The notes under the pieces are model-generated. The model had not been told where the DNA came from, ran no database searches, and worked only from the letters and a program-made list of their open reading frames with translations. From Patescibacteria group bacterium (GTDB lineage Bacteria > Patescibacteriota > Patescibacteriia > Patescibacteriales > UBA12075): a DNA stretch of 64,000 nt. Below, piece after piece: positions 1-8,527 of the stretch; position 1 is the first letter of the stretch; every line of letters begins with the position of its first letter. The stretch is taken from assembly GCA_018897195.1 (NCBI GenBank), contig JAHILH010000001.1, positions 348,565 through 412,564 on the forward strand. Direction: 5' to 3'. The translations under genes were made by a program, and so were the position numbers.

Positions 1-788
1 TTATGGTGACGAATTTTAACTGCCAAATTAGTCTCCCGAAAACGCGTGGCGAGTAATTTAAATTTATCAGCGAGATAATTTCGAACCTTGTTAGGTGAAA
101 AAAACATCCCCCCAATAAACATGCCAATGGGAAAAGCCAAGATATGCACCTCATATAGGCGCATAACCTCTTTCAAAAACACGGGATTGAGCTGTATTAT
201 GTAATAACTAATTCCATATACAACCAGTGCGGAAACACATGGATGCTTGCGGATAAAAACAACAGGAAAAATCACATAATAAAATAAGATAAAGGTAAAA
301 TACCAAAGCGGTGAATTAATATCTAGGGATAAATCAGCTCGTGGAAAATAACCGAGAAATGACTGCATGATATAACCCCCAGTATATCCGATTTTAAAAA
401 TAAAAAAATTGGCCACAAAGAAGACAGCCAAAGTAATCCAAAACGGAATTAATAATTTTAACAAACGCTTCTGGTAAAATTGCCAAATGGAATATTTCTT
501 CTGCAATGAACTAACTACCAAACCAAAACCGGATAAAAACAAGAAAAGATTCACCCCTACTCCCGCCATAATCGACAAGGGAAACAAAAACTGATGGTCG
601 TTGACCAAAAAATAACCGATATGAGAAAAAATAATCGCCAAAATCGCCAAACCCTTGAGTTCATGCGTCAGTGAAACGGAAAAAACCTCGCTATCGGAAC
701 GACGACGAAGTGATAAAATTAAGGCTACCAAAAAAATTCCAATAAAAACATGGGTCGCCCCAACGGCGTTACTGATTGATATTGTCAT
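1..788 (-). CDS. Acyltransferase family 3 (AT3) integral-membrane O-acyltransferase; 3' end runs off the left window edge
   Basis: Not in the ORF track because no stop lies in the window. Hand translation of the minus strand from ATG 788..786 gives MTISISNAVGATHVFIGIFLVALILSLRRRSDSEVFSVSLTHELKGLAILAIIFSHIGYFLVNDHQFLFPLSIMAGVGVNLFLFLSGFGL... I checked every codon of this frame down to position 3 and found no stop. The multi-pass hydrophobic profile and the LKGLAILAIIxSH opening are typical of AT3 enzymes. The start overlaps the end of the upstream SGNH gene by 20 nt. Confidence 0.6.
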   Translation of the reverse strand, partial: MTISISNAVGATHVFIGIFLVALILSLRRRSDSEVFSVSLTHELKGLAILAIIFSHIGYFLVNDHQFLFPLSIMAGVGVNLFLFLSGFGLVVSSLQKKYSIWQFYQKRLLKLLIPFWITLAVFFVANFFIFKIGYTGGYIMQSFLGYFPRADLSLDINSPLWYFTFILFYYVIFPVVFIRKHPCVSALVVYGISYYIIQLNPVFLKEVMRLYEVHILAFPIGMFIGGMFFSPNKVRNYLADKFKLLATRFRETNLAVKIRHH

Positions 789-1518
789 AAATTATTTTTG
801 CCCATGACGCATAACCAATAGCAGAGGGATGAAATAAATCATCAGCATAGTGCGCGCCATTTTCTTTTAGAATTTCCCTGGTCGGAGTAGTCAGATCAAT
901 ATATTTTAAGTCATAAGTCTTGGCCAAGGCGTGAATAACCTCATTAAACTCATTTATCTTGCTATTGAAGTAATTGCTATACGGTGGCAATATCAAGGAA
1001 CGTGAACCGATATACGGAATGCTGATCACATAAACCTTCGCCTTGGTCCTAGTGGTTAACTCTTTTAAGATATGTTCATAATTTTTTTGAAAATCAACCA
1101 CGCTCACCAAGCCATGCACATCATTGGTGCCAATTAGTATGGTTACTACATCTGGTTGCTCCGCAATCGCACCTTCGAGCAAGTCTCGAACTAAATCAGC
1201 CGTCCGTGCTCCGGGATAAGAAAAATTTTTATGAACAATAACTTTGCCCGTAACAGTTAAATCCTGCGCCAATAAATATGGATAGGATTCCTCATATTTG
1301 TCCGTTCCCACGCCAGCCGTCAAACTATCACCCAGGGAAGTATAAATTATTTTTTGTGAACTTGTCGCCATATTTCCCAAAATATAAGTATGTCTATCGT
1401 CAGTTGCTCGTAAATGCGCGGTACCGATTCGGCGATAAATATAGGCATGAGCCAAATAAAGATAGGCAATGATTACAACAGGAATAATTAAAGCTATTTT
1501 TGAATATTTTTTATTCAT
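769..1518 (-). CDS. SGNH/GDSL-family hydrolase with N-terminal membrane anchor
   Basis: Block I GDSLTAG (LGDSLTAGVG), GTNDV block, and C-terminal DLFHPS (DxxH catalytic block). N-terminal hydrophobic segment IALIIPVVIIAYLYLA. Confidence 0.8.
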   Translation of the reverse strand: MNKKYSKIALIIPVVIIAYLYLAHAYIYRRIGTAHLRATDDRHTYILGNMATSSQKIIYTSLGDSLTAGVGTDKYEESYPYLLAQDLTVTGKVIVHKNFSYPGARTADLVRDLLEGAIAEQPDVVTILIGTNDVHGLVSVVDFQKNYEHILKELTTRTKAKVYVISIPYIGSRSLILPPYSNYFNSKINEFNEVIHALAKTYDLKYIDLTTPTREILKENGAHYADDLFHPSAIGYASWAKIIYDNINQ

Positions 1519-1523
1519 ACACT

Positions 1524-2222
1524 TTAATTACAAATTTCAGGCGTTAGTATTGTGTCAGAAAAACCATAATCTATATGCAATTTTTCACAATCAATATCGC
1601 CGTCTCCATCAAAAACTACCTGCCACTCATTATTATTTTTAATAGCTAACAAAACCCACCCTGGCATACCCACCTTAGAAATCACACTTCCACGTGCAGG
1701 TTCTCCCACTCCCTGCTCAATATTCACTTGAACTTCATTAGCAGATTTTGGATATTTGTCTACAAATAATTTTCGCAATTCACTGGATGATTGTTGTGGT
1801 GTAATTGCACCAGTACAGCGCCAATTAATTTCCGCTGTTTTTTTATCCTCTTTTACCACACAACCCGGAGTACAACCCTCTTTGGACATAATTAATGCAA
1901 CGTCGAACCACCAAGTCTTCGAAGCTGCATTGTAATACCCAGATTGCAAATACTCCCCGTCTTTAACACATTCTCGTTTACCAATATCCAACGCTTCTTC
2001 CTCGGAGAGTTTTGGCGTAGCGTTTTCATTCACCGGCGGACAAGCCGCAAATTCACAATTCAGACCTGTCCGCCCCACTACTGATCCATCCAAACAAGCC
2101 TTGGTCTCAAAAGCACAAGCCTGACGAGGAGTATTACTAATTACTTTCATCCTGTAAATTAAAAGGCCTCCTATTACGACAACGAATACCGCCAACACAA
2201 TTATAACATTATTTCGCTTCAT
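1524..2222 (-). CDS. Membrane-anchored/secreted Cys-rich protein of unknown function (paralog A)
   Basis: 232 aa with an N-terminal TM/signal segment. Shares length and roughly half its residues with ORF 2904..3602, including CxxxxKxCxDGSxVGRxGxxCEFxxCP, SKTWWFD, EGCxPxCVV, AEINWRCTG and YGFSDxILxPxICN. Confidence 0.6.
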   Translation of the reverse strand: MKRNNVIIVLAVFVVVIGGLLIYRMKVISNTPRQACAFETKACLDGSVVGRTGLNCEFAACPPVNENATPKLSEEEALDIGKRECVKDGEYLQSGYYNAASKTWWFDVALIMSKEGCTPGCVVKEDKKTAEINWRCTGAITPQQSSSELRKLFVDKYPKSANEVQVNIEQGVGEPARGSVISKVGMPGWVLLAIKNNNEWQVVFDGDGDIDCEKLHIDYGFSDTILTPEICN

Positions 2223-2323
2223 AGATTTTATAAATTAGTTATTATGTATTTATATTATCATAAAATAAAGAAAGAAAAAAGCACTCTTTTACAAAAGCGC
2301 CATTTTCAAAAACCATATTACGT

Positions 2324-2530
2324 TTACCTTGTGCAAAGTTTGCAGATCTCTTTGTGAATAATCATTTCATTGATAGCCGCCAAGCCAACCACGACATACA
2401 CCAATCTAGAAATTACCGCCCCTTGTCCGCCAAATATGGAACCAATATCCCAACCAAATAGGCCGACAAGCAGCCAGTTAAGACCTCCGATAATTACCAA
2501 GGCGAATGAAAGAGTGTGAAGATTTTTCAT
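2324..2530 (-). CDS. DUF378-family small membrane protein
   Basis: 68 aa. IIGGLNWLLVGLFGWDIGSIFGG matches the DUF378 signature (IGGLNWGLVG...). Confidence 0.75.
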   Translation of the reverse strand: MKNLHTLSFALVIIGGLNWLLVGLFGWDIGSIFGGQGAVISRLVYVVVGLAAINEMIIHKEICKLCTR

Positions 2531-2565
2531 AGTTTTAATTTAATAATAAAATATATAAATTAGTA

Positions 2566-2808
2566 TTACTCAATCAAAACTTTCTTTTTCTCCTCAAACT
2601 CCTTTTCATCAATCTCCCCCTTGGCAAACCGTTCTTTTAGAATATCCAAGGCTTTATTTCCCCCGCCATGACAACCATGGCCACGCCCAGAATGTCCAGT
2701 TCCCCATCTCACAAGAGAAACAACGGCCATAATAATAATTATCCAAAAAATAATCATAAAGATCGGACCAAAAAATCCAAACGGTTGATAATAGCTATAA
2801 CTCATCAT
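2566..2808 (-). CDS. SHOCT-domain small membrane protein with His/Gly/Cys-rich linker
   Basis: 80 aa. N-terminal TM helix, then GHSGRGHGCHGGG, then C-terminal ALDILKERFAKGEIDEKEFEEKKKVL (SHOCT-type short C-terminal domain). Confidence 0.7.
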   Translation of the reverse strand: MMSYSYYQPFGFFGPIFMIIFWIIIIMAVVSLVRWGTGHSGRGHGCHGGGNKALDILKERFAKGEIDEKEFEEKKKVLIE

Positions 2809-2903
2809 ATATTTAAATTTAGTTAATTAATAATTAACTTTACTTATATAATATCTTAATACTATTAAATCTACATTAAATAGATTTTATCGCCTCATAA
2901 AGC

Positions 2904-3602
2904 TTAATTACAAATATTTGGCATTAGTATGTCATCAGAGAAACCATATTCAGTACGCATTATATTACAGTCCACAGCCCCATTGCCCTCAAAAACTATC
3001 TGCCACACACCATCAACCTTTAGTGCTAAAAATAATCCCCCCGGCGCTCCGCTTTCAAAAATAACACTACCACGCACATGATTGTCCACTTCTTGATCAA
3101 CAATCACTTGTATTGTTTGAGCATATTTTGGATATTTGGCCACAAATATCTTTTGCAATTCTTCTACTGGTTCTTTTTGACTGATCAAACCAGTGCAGCG
3201 CCAATTAATTTCCGCTATTTTCGTTTCCTCGCTAACTACGCAAGCCGGATGGCAACCTTCTTTTGGATTATTAAGAGTCGCATCAAACCACCAAGTTTTT
3301 GAATTCTCATTATAATACCCCGGCGCCAGCGTTTCTCCCGCCTTTATACAGGTCTGCTCAGCAATAGCCCGTGCATCAAGCTCAGAGAACGTTCCTACCT
3401 CCTCTTCATTACTCATTGGACAAACCGCAAATTCACAACTTGGTCCTGAGCGCCCAACAGCCGACCCATCCGGACAAATTTTTGCCTCCATGGTGCAAGC
3501 TTGAGGTACTGCTTCATCCGCAAATTCCGTCTCATACAATAAAAAACCAAAAAAGATAGCGATTGCAGCGATTAGCAAGATAATGATTGTATTTTTTTTC
3601 AT
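2904..3602 (-). CDS. Membrane-anchored/secreted Cys-rich protein of unknown function (paralog B)
   Basis: 232 aa. Same motif set and Cys spacing as ORF 1524..2222. The 3' ends are also similar at nucleotide level (ttaattacaaat...ggc.ttagtat...). Confidence 0.6.
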   Translation of the reverse strand: MKKNTIIILLIAAIAIFFGFLLYETEFADEAVPQACTMEAKICPDGSAVGRSGPSCEFAVCPMSNEEEVGTFSELDARAIAEQTCIKAGETLAPGYYNENSKTWWFDATLNNPKEGCHPACVVSEETKIAEINWRCTGLISQKEPVEELQKIFVAKYPKYAQTIQVIVDQEVDNHVRGSVIFESGAPGGLFLALKVDGVWQIVFEGNGAVDCNIMRTEYGFSDDILMPNICN

Positions 3603-3725
3603 AAATTTATCAATTTGTTATATTTATTAATCTCCTAATTATCATATATGAAATAAATTAAAAATTTATTAAAAAATTAATAAAAATTTAATGTAACTAT
3701 ATTATAATTTTAATATATAAAAATA

Positions 3726-3734
3726 TGCTATACT
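3726..3734 (+). promoter_or_regulatory. Extended -10 promoter element (TGcTATACT) 6 nt upstream of the PBP start codon; implies a leaderless mRNA
   Basis: tatGCTATACTaaaaatATG: TG at 3726-3727, TATACT at 3729-3734, ATG at 3741. No Shine-Dalgarno sequence is possible in the gap. Confidence 0.45.
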
Positions 3735-3740
3735 AAAAAT

Positions 3741-5870
3741 ATGATTATAGTACTCCGTGAATTATACTTCATACTTCAAAAAAATAATTTTTCCAAAAAA
3801 ATTATTTCGCTTTTGAAATATCTCCTCGTTTTTTTTCTCAAATTCACTTTAATTTTCCTTTTTAGTTTAATAATTATCGTCCCAGCCCTTTTCCTGCACG
3901 AACTCTCTCTTTTACCTAATCCCACTCCAGACAAAATGCAAGCGGCATCTGCCTCTTCCTATATCCTTGATCGTAATGGTGAGTTTCTCTATGAATATCA
4001 TGGTGACATGAAACGAACCCGTATTCCCTTCAATGAAATACCCCAATATCTAAAAGATGCGTCGGTGGTTATTGAAGATAAAAATTTTTACAAGCATTAC
4101 GGATTCGAACCTATTGCGATTGCCCGGGCGGCGATTATTAATCTTCGCTATGGGGAAATCCGCCAAGGGGCCAGCACTATTACCCAACAATTAGCCCGCA
4201 CTTTGCTTTTAAATAATGAAGTGACTTACACCAGGAAAATAAAAGAAATAATGTATGCGATCAAGATTGAAAAACTTTATAGCAAAGACGAAATCTTGGA
4301 AATGTATTTAAATAATATTCCTTATGGCTCTAATGCTTATGGGGTTGTGGCAGCCGCCGAAATATATTTTGGCAAAAAAGTGCCAGATTTAAATCTGCTC
4401 GAATCAGCCTACATTGCCGCCCTGCCCAAGGCGCCTAGCGATTATTCCCCCTTTGGACAAAATGCCGAGCTATTACATAAACGCGCTCGTCTCGTACTTC
4501 AAACCATGCGAGAAAACAACTACATCACTGACGAACAGCTCGCTTCGGCCCTCCAATCGGGAGACATAAAATTCAAACGCATTCCCACTGAAATCAAAGC
4601 CCCTCATTTTGTTTTTTATGTCCTCGATTATCTTAAAAAAACTTATGGCGAAGAAAAATTACGCACCGGTGGTCTAACCATCTACACCAGTCTAGATTTA
4701 AAATTACAAAAAGAAGCCGAAAAAATTGTCGCCGATTGGGGTAATAAAAATGAAGCCAAGTTTAGTGCCGGTAATGCGGCTCTAGTTTCCCTTGATCCTC
4801 GCAACGGCGAAATCATCGCCATGGTTGGTTCGCGTGACTATTTCAAATCCAAGGACGGCGAGGTTAATGTCGTCACCAGTCTGCAACAACCAGGTTCCTC
4901 ATTCAAGCCCTATGTCTATGTCACCGGCATGACCAACGGTCTTAGTCCGGCCAGTATTATCATGGATACACGTACCAATTTTGCCTCCTCCAACTACGGA
5001 GTTTCCTATATACCGCAAAATTATAACAATAAGCACTACGGACCCATCCCAGTCCGCAATGCCCTGGCCGGCTCTTTAAACGTGCCCGCAGTCAAGGCTT
5101 TGGTCTCTGTTGGTATTAATAAAGTAATAGACACAGCCGAAAAACTCGGCCTTACAACTCTCAAAGACCGTAAGCGCTTCGGACCCTCACTTGCCCTCGG
5201 TGGCGCCGAGGTCACCCTCCTTGAACACACCGCTGGCTTGGCTTCATTTGGCAATGGCGGTATCAAACAAGGGATCAATCCCATCATGCGCATAATCAGC
5301 AAAGACAAGGAGATCGCTTATCAACGCCAGATAGCGACTGGCACGCAGGCCATTGATCCTCAAGCCGCCTACCTTATCACCGATATTCTTTCCGACACCA
5401 AAGCCCGCCAGTTTATTTTTGGTCGCGGTCTTAATCTGCAATTGCCCAATCGCCCTGTCGCTGTCAAAACCGGCACCACCCAAGACTTTCGCGATGCCTG
5501 GACAGTTGGTTTCACCCCCACCCTTGCGACGGGCGTCTGGGTTGGCAATAACGACAACTCCCCCATGAAAGACAAGGCCGACGGCTCGGTTGTGGCTGCT
5601 CCCATCTGGCACGATTTCATGATCAAGGCCCTGGCTAATCAGCCAATTGCCAAATTCACCAAACCCAAAGGAATCGTCGAAGTTGTGATCAATCCCTACA
5701 CCGGCAAACTCCCAACTAACTACGCCAGTAGCACCAAAAAAGAACTCTTCGCCTCCTTCAATGCCCCAATCAAAAAAGACAATGCACGCATTGTCCCTAA
5801 AACACCTAAGCCTGATAAGGTGGTGGCAAATATAATTCCCGAAAAAGCGATTCTACCTTCACAGGATTAA
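3741..5870 (+). CDS. Class A penicillin-binding protein (bifunctional glycosyltransferase GT51 / transpeptidase)
   Basis: GT51 motifs EDKNFYKHYGF and RQGASTITQQLAR. Transpeptidase motifs SSFKP (SxxK), SLN (SxN) and KTGTT (KTG). N-terminal TM anchor. Confidence 0.92.
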   Translation: MIIVLRELYFILQKNNFSKKIISLLKYLLVFFLKFTLIFLFSLIIIVPALFLHELSLLPNPTPDKMQAASASSYILDRNGEFLYEYHGDMKRTRIPFNEIPQYLKDASVVIEDKNFYKHYGFEPIAIARAAIINLRYGEIRQGASTITQQLARTLLLNNEVTYTRKIKEIMYAIKIEKLYSKDEILEMYLNNIPYGSNAYGVVAAAEIYFGKKVPDLNLLESAYIAALPKAPSDYSPFGQNAELLHKRARLVLQTMRENNYITDEQLASALQSGDIKFKRIPTEIKAPHFVFYVLDYLKKTYGEEKLRTGGLTIYTSLDLKLQKEAEKIVADWGNKNEAKFSAGNAALVSLDPRNGEIIAMVGSRDYFKSKDGEVNVVTSLQQPGSSFKPYVYVTGMTNGLSPASIIMDTRTNFASSNYGVSYIPQNYNNKHYGPIPVRNALAGSLNVPAVKALVSVGINKVIDTAEKLGLTTLKDRKRFGPSLALGGAEVTLLEHTAGLASFGNGGIKQGINPIMRIISKDKEIAYQRQIATGTQAIDPQAAYLITDILSDTKARQFIFGRGLNLQLPNRPVAVKTGTTQDFRDAWTVGFTPTLATGVWVGNNDNSPMKDKADGSVVAAPIWHDFMIKALANQPIAKFTKPKGIVEVVINPYTGKLPTNYASSTKKELFASFNAPIKKDNARIVPKTPKPDKVVANIIPEKAILPSQD

Positions 5871-5871
5871 T

Positions 5872-6459
5872 TTATTTCCGCAACTTCCGCAATTCCCGAC
5901 GCGCAAACAACAAATCCTCACGCAGAGGATTATCCTTCCAACGTTTTAACAAAGATGTAATCACCTCGCAGTGATTACTCAAGATATTCATTTTTTTCGG
6001 AACCGGCGCGTTAAAATTTTGAAAAACTTTGTCCCCATCACGAGCATACTCGTCAAACATCTCATTAATATTTGCTAGCAAGTTAGCTGACTTCACCATC
6101 AAGGCCTCATTGGAAAGCTGGGCAATATGCACCACTGCCTCCTGCTTGCGCTGTTTCCAGGACAAACCTTTATTCATCTCACTGACACTGGCCACCATCG
6201 TTGCGACTTCCGCACCAAAACGCTCCGCCAGTAAATCCTCACTCACCTTCTTCGCCACAATACTATCCTCAATCGTATCATGTAAAATCCCTGCAATAAT
6301 TACATCCTCACTCGCCCCAGCCGTTGCCAAAATCAAGCCAACGGTCAGCGGGTGCGTGATATAAGCAATGTCTTTACCTTTTCGCTTCTGCTTCTGATAA
6401 ACCTCATGCGTCTTGATCGAAAATTTAATTGCTTTTTGAATTTTGGGTGTGAATTTCAT
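5872..6459 (-). CDS. HD-domain phosphohydrolase, SpoT/Mesh1-like (p)ppGpp hydrolase family
   Basis: YITHPLTVGLILATAGASEDVIIAGILHDTIEDS matches the RelA/SpoT N-terminal HD hydrolase signature. At 195 aa it has no synthetase domain. Confidence 0.7.
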   Translation of the reverse strand: MKFTPKIQKAIKFSIKTHEVYQKQKRKGKDIAYITHPLTVGLILATAGASEDVIIAGILHDTIEDSIVAKKVSEDLLAERFGAEVATMVASVSEMNKGLSWKQRKQEAVVHIAQLSNEALMVKSANLLANINEMFDEYARDGDKVFQNFNAPVPKKMNILSNHCEVITSLLKRWKDNPLREDLLFARRELRKLRK

Positions 6460-6467
6460 AGAGATAT

Positions 6468-6704
6468 TTATTTATTTTTATGAAAAGTCTGTAAATACAA
6501 ATCCTCCACCTTCTTCCGCGCCCAGGGCGTTTTACGCAAAAAAGTCAGACTCGATTTAATGCTTGGGTTGCTATAAAAACAATTTATCGGTATCAGTTTA
6601 TTCAACTCCCACCAACCATACTTCTCAACCAAAGCCTCAAGAATAGCCTTGAGAGTAACGCCGTGAAGAGGATTATTCGGTTGTTTTGTCGGTATTGTGT
6701 CCAT
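6468..6704 (-). CDS. DUF2132 (VF530-like) small protein
   Basis: [71 protein letters not shown] matches the DUF2132 pattern. I chose the internal ATG at 6704 because the track ORF start (6833) would overlap the upstream TspO gene, which ends at 6710. Confidence 0.65.
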   Translation of the reverse strand: MDTIPTKQPNNPLHGVTLKAILEALVEKYGWWELNKLIPINCFYSNPSIKSSLTFLRKTPWARKKVEDLYLQTFHKNK

Positions 6705-6709
6705 ATTTT

Positions 6710-7108
6710 TTATTTCCAATTTAAATAAGTAATTGTTAATTGTAATCCCGTCGCAAACAGCACCCAGAGTAGATATGGAATATTGACGAGCGCTACCCAT
6801 TTCAACTCCGGATAAATAACTATCAAAGCCCAAATCAAAGTGCCCAGCACAAGCAAAATATCCACCGCCGCCAAGACATTATTCTTGAGACCAAATTGAA
6901 TCGGTGTAAAAGCGAAATTAAAAATAAGATTAAGCACAAAGGGTAAAGCGATATACCAAGACAATTTCCCATTGAAAGCGCGATAAAAAACCGTTCCAAA
7001 AGAAAAAACAATAATAAGATAAAGTGCACTCCAAACCGGTCCAAACAACCACGACGGTGGCGACCAAGTTGGTTTGATTAACTGCTGATACCAGGTATAG
7101 TTTTGCAT
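6710..7108 (-). CDS. tspO: TspO/MBR family tryptophan-rich sensory protein
   Basis: [28 protein letters not shown] plus five predicted TM segments in a Trp-rich protein. Confidence 0.8.
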   Translation of the reverse strand: MQNYTWYQQLIKPTWSPPSWLFGPVWSALYLIIVFSFGTVFYRAFNGKLSWYIALPFVLNLIFNFAFTPIQFGLKNNVLAAVDILLVLGTLIWALIVIYPELKWVALVNIPYLLWVLFATGLQLTITYLNWK

Positions 7109-7140
7109 AAATTTAAATTTAATTATAAATTTCTACATTT

Positions 7141-7470
7141 TTAAATTTTCTTAATCCGCAAAGCCACCACCCCAAATTCTTTTTCTTCTTCCTCGCTATA
7201 AAACTTACGATAAACATCCACGCCCCGATCCAAGTCATATTGATCCGGCAAAACATTAGCAATCCCCTCCGTCTCCAGCATCTCTCGAAATGTCGGATAG
7301 ACATTCTTCGCCACCACCACAAAAGGCGTCCGCTCATCGTTCATCTCCATCACATCCCCAACTTCCAACGCCGCAAACTTGCCGCGATTCAAACGCCCCT
7401 CGACAGTTTTTTGACCGTCGACGACGAAGGAGGTGTATGGTTCTTGGATGTTGGTGCTTATGGTTTTCAT
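7141..7470 (-). CDS. ASCH (PUA-like) domain protein
   Basis: 109 aa. EPYTSFVVDGQKTVEGRLNRGKFAALEVGDVMEM resembles the ASCH core. The overlapping +/- ORFs in 7119-7611 are judged spurious. Confidence 0.5.
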   Translation of the reverse strand: MKTISTNIQEPYTSFVVDGQKTVEGRLNRGKFAALEVGDVMEMNDERTPFVVVAKNVYPTFREMLETEGIANVLPDQYDLDRGVDVYRKFYSEEEEKEFGVVALRIKKI

Positions 7471-7482
7471 AACATTTATATC

Positions 7483-7698
7483 TTATCGCTTTTTCAAAAA
7501 ACAGGTCTTCAACACAATGGTGCTTTTCCCAATCTTACACTCCACCTCATCGCTCTTCGACGTCAAGCGAATGCTTTTCACCACTGCCCCTCGCTTCATA
7601 TCCATCGATGAGCCTTTAACGTTTAAATCTTTTATAAGTTGCACGGAATCACCATCATTTAAAACGTTTCCATTACTGTCTTTTACAATTTCTTCCAT
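7483..7698 (-). CDS. PhnA/YjdM C-terminal-domain-like small protein
   Basis: DSNGNVLNDGDSVQLIKDLNVKGSSMDMKRGAVVKSIRL matches the PhnA C-terminal domain pattern (DSNGNxLxDGDSVxxIKDLKVKGSS). Confidence 0.6.
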   Translation of the reverse strand: MEEIVKDSNGNVLNDGDSVQLIKDLNVKGSSMDMKRGAVVKSIRLTSKSDEVECKIGKSTIVLKTCFLKKR

Positions 7699-7770
7699 AT
7701 TTTTTTCATTCTTATATTAATATATTCATCATCAAGATAAGTTATATTTCAATAACAATTATTTATTATT

Positions 7771-8514
7771 TTATTTCTGAAACACAAACAGGTGCTCATG
7801 CATTATTAATAAGAAATTACTTTCTTTCGATTTATTAACCCAAAAACCTGTCGCCTTGCAATTATGTTGTTTTTTTATAATATCCTCCTTTAATACAAAC
7901 CCTTGTTTCAAAAATCGCTCCATAACTTTAAAAGCTAAAGGCTGATACATTTTATTTCTTCTTGTGTCACCCATTAAAACAGCGCAATATTTCCCCTTTC
8001 TCAAAACACGATATAATTCTTTGGCTACTTTTTCTATTTCGTCTACAAAGGCATCAATGTCATGAATGCCAGACAAATCTTCTTTTATTTTTCCTTCACT
8101 ATATTTTATAATATCGACATAAGGCGGATGTGTAAGAACAAAATCAATTTCCTCATCCTTAATAAAATCCATATTTCGAGCATCACATTTTATTATTCTC
8201 TGTTTAGCCTTATTATCGACATCAAATTCTAAAGATTTTTTTGTTCGCTCCAATGCCTCTTCGTTGACATCAACACAAGTAATATGGCGATTTAAAATTT
8301 TCGCCTCAATCGCCGTTGTTCCACCGCCGATCATACAATCAAGTAAATGATCGCTTTCTTTTGAGTAACGCAAAATTAAATTGCGCACCACTTCCGGTGC
8401 CCAATTTCCACGCCAATCTGATTTGTGAGTAGCCCAGTTGCCACGACGCGGGAATGACCAAACGGTAGTACATTCCATATCGAATTCAGCAGGATGAAGC
8501 ATTAATTCTTTCAT
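7771..8514 (-). CDS. DNA methyltransferase (N6-adenine or N4-cytosine type), type II R-M partner
   Basis: AdoMet-binding motif LLDCMIGGGTTAIEA, followed ~60 aa later by a catalytic DFVLTHPPY ((D/N/S/H)PPY-type motif IV). Sits 13 nt downstream of a PD-ExK gene. Confidence 0.75.
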   Translation of the reverse strand: MKELMLHPAEFDMECTTVWSFPRRGNWATHKSDWRGNWAPEVVRNLILRYSKESDHLLDCMIGGGTTAIEAKILNRHITCVDVNEEALERTKKSLEFDVDNKAKQRIIKCDARNMDFIKDEEIDFVLTHPPYVDIIKYSEGKIKEDLSGIHDIDAFVDEIEKVAKELYRVLRKGKYCAVLMGDTRRNKMYQPLAFKVMERFLKQGFVLKEDIIKKQHNCKATGFWVNKSKESNFLLIMHEHLFVFQK

Positions 8515-8527
8515 AGATATTAAAAAT

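Noticed and set aside
1524-3602. Diversity-generating retroelement acting on the paralog pair
   Set aside because: There is no reverse transcriptase gene and no template/variable repeat pair with adenine-specific differences. Divergence is spread over the whole length.
5036-5626. Cluster of antisense and overlapping ORFs (5036..5308, 5244..5612, 5353..5568, 5369..5626) inside the PBP gene
   Set aside because: They lie inside a gene with complete GT51 and transpeptidase motifs. Their products are low-complexity Pro/Ala/Arg-rich sequences typical of off-frame translation of a GC-richer region.
6705-6833. N-terminal extension of the DUF2132 ORF (track start at 6833)
   Set aside because: The extension overlaps the 3' end of tspO and has no similarity to the family. 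The conserved domain begins at the internal Met (6704), 6 nt after the tspO stop.
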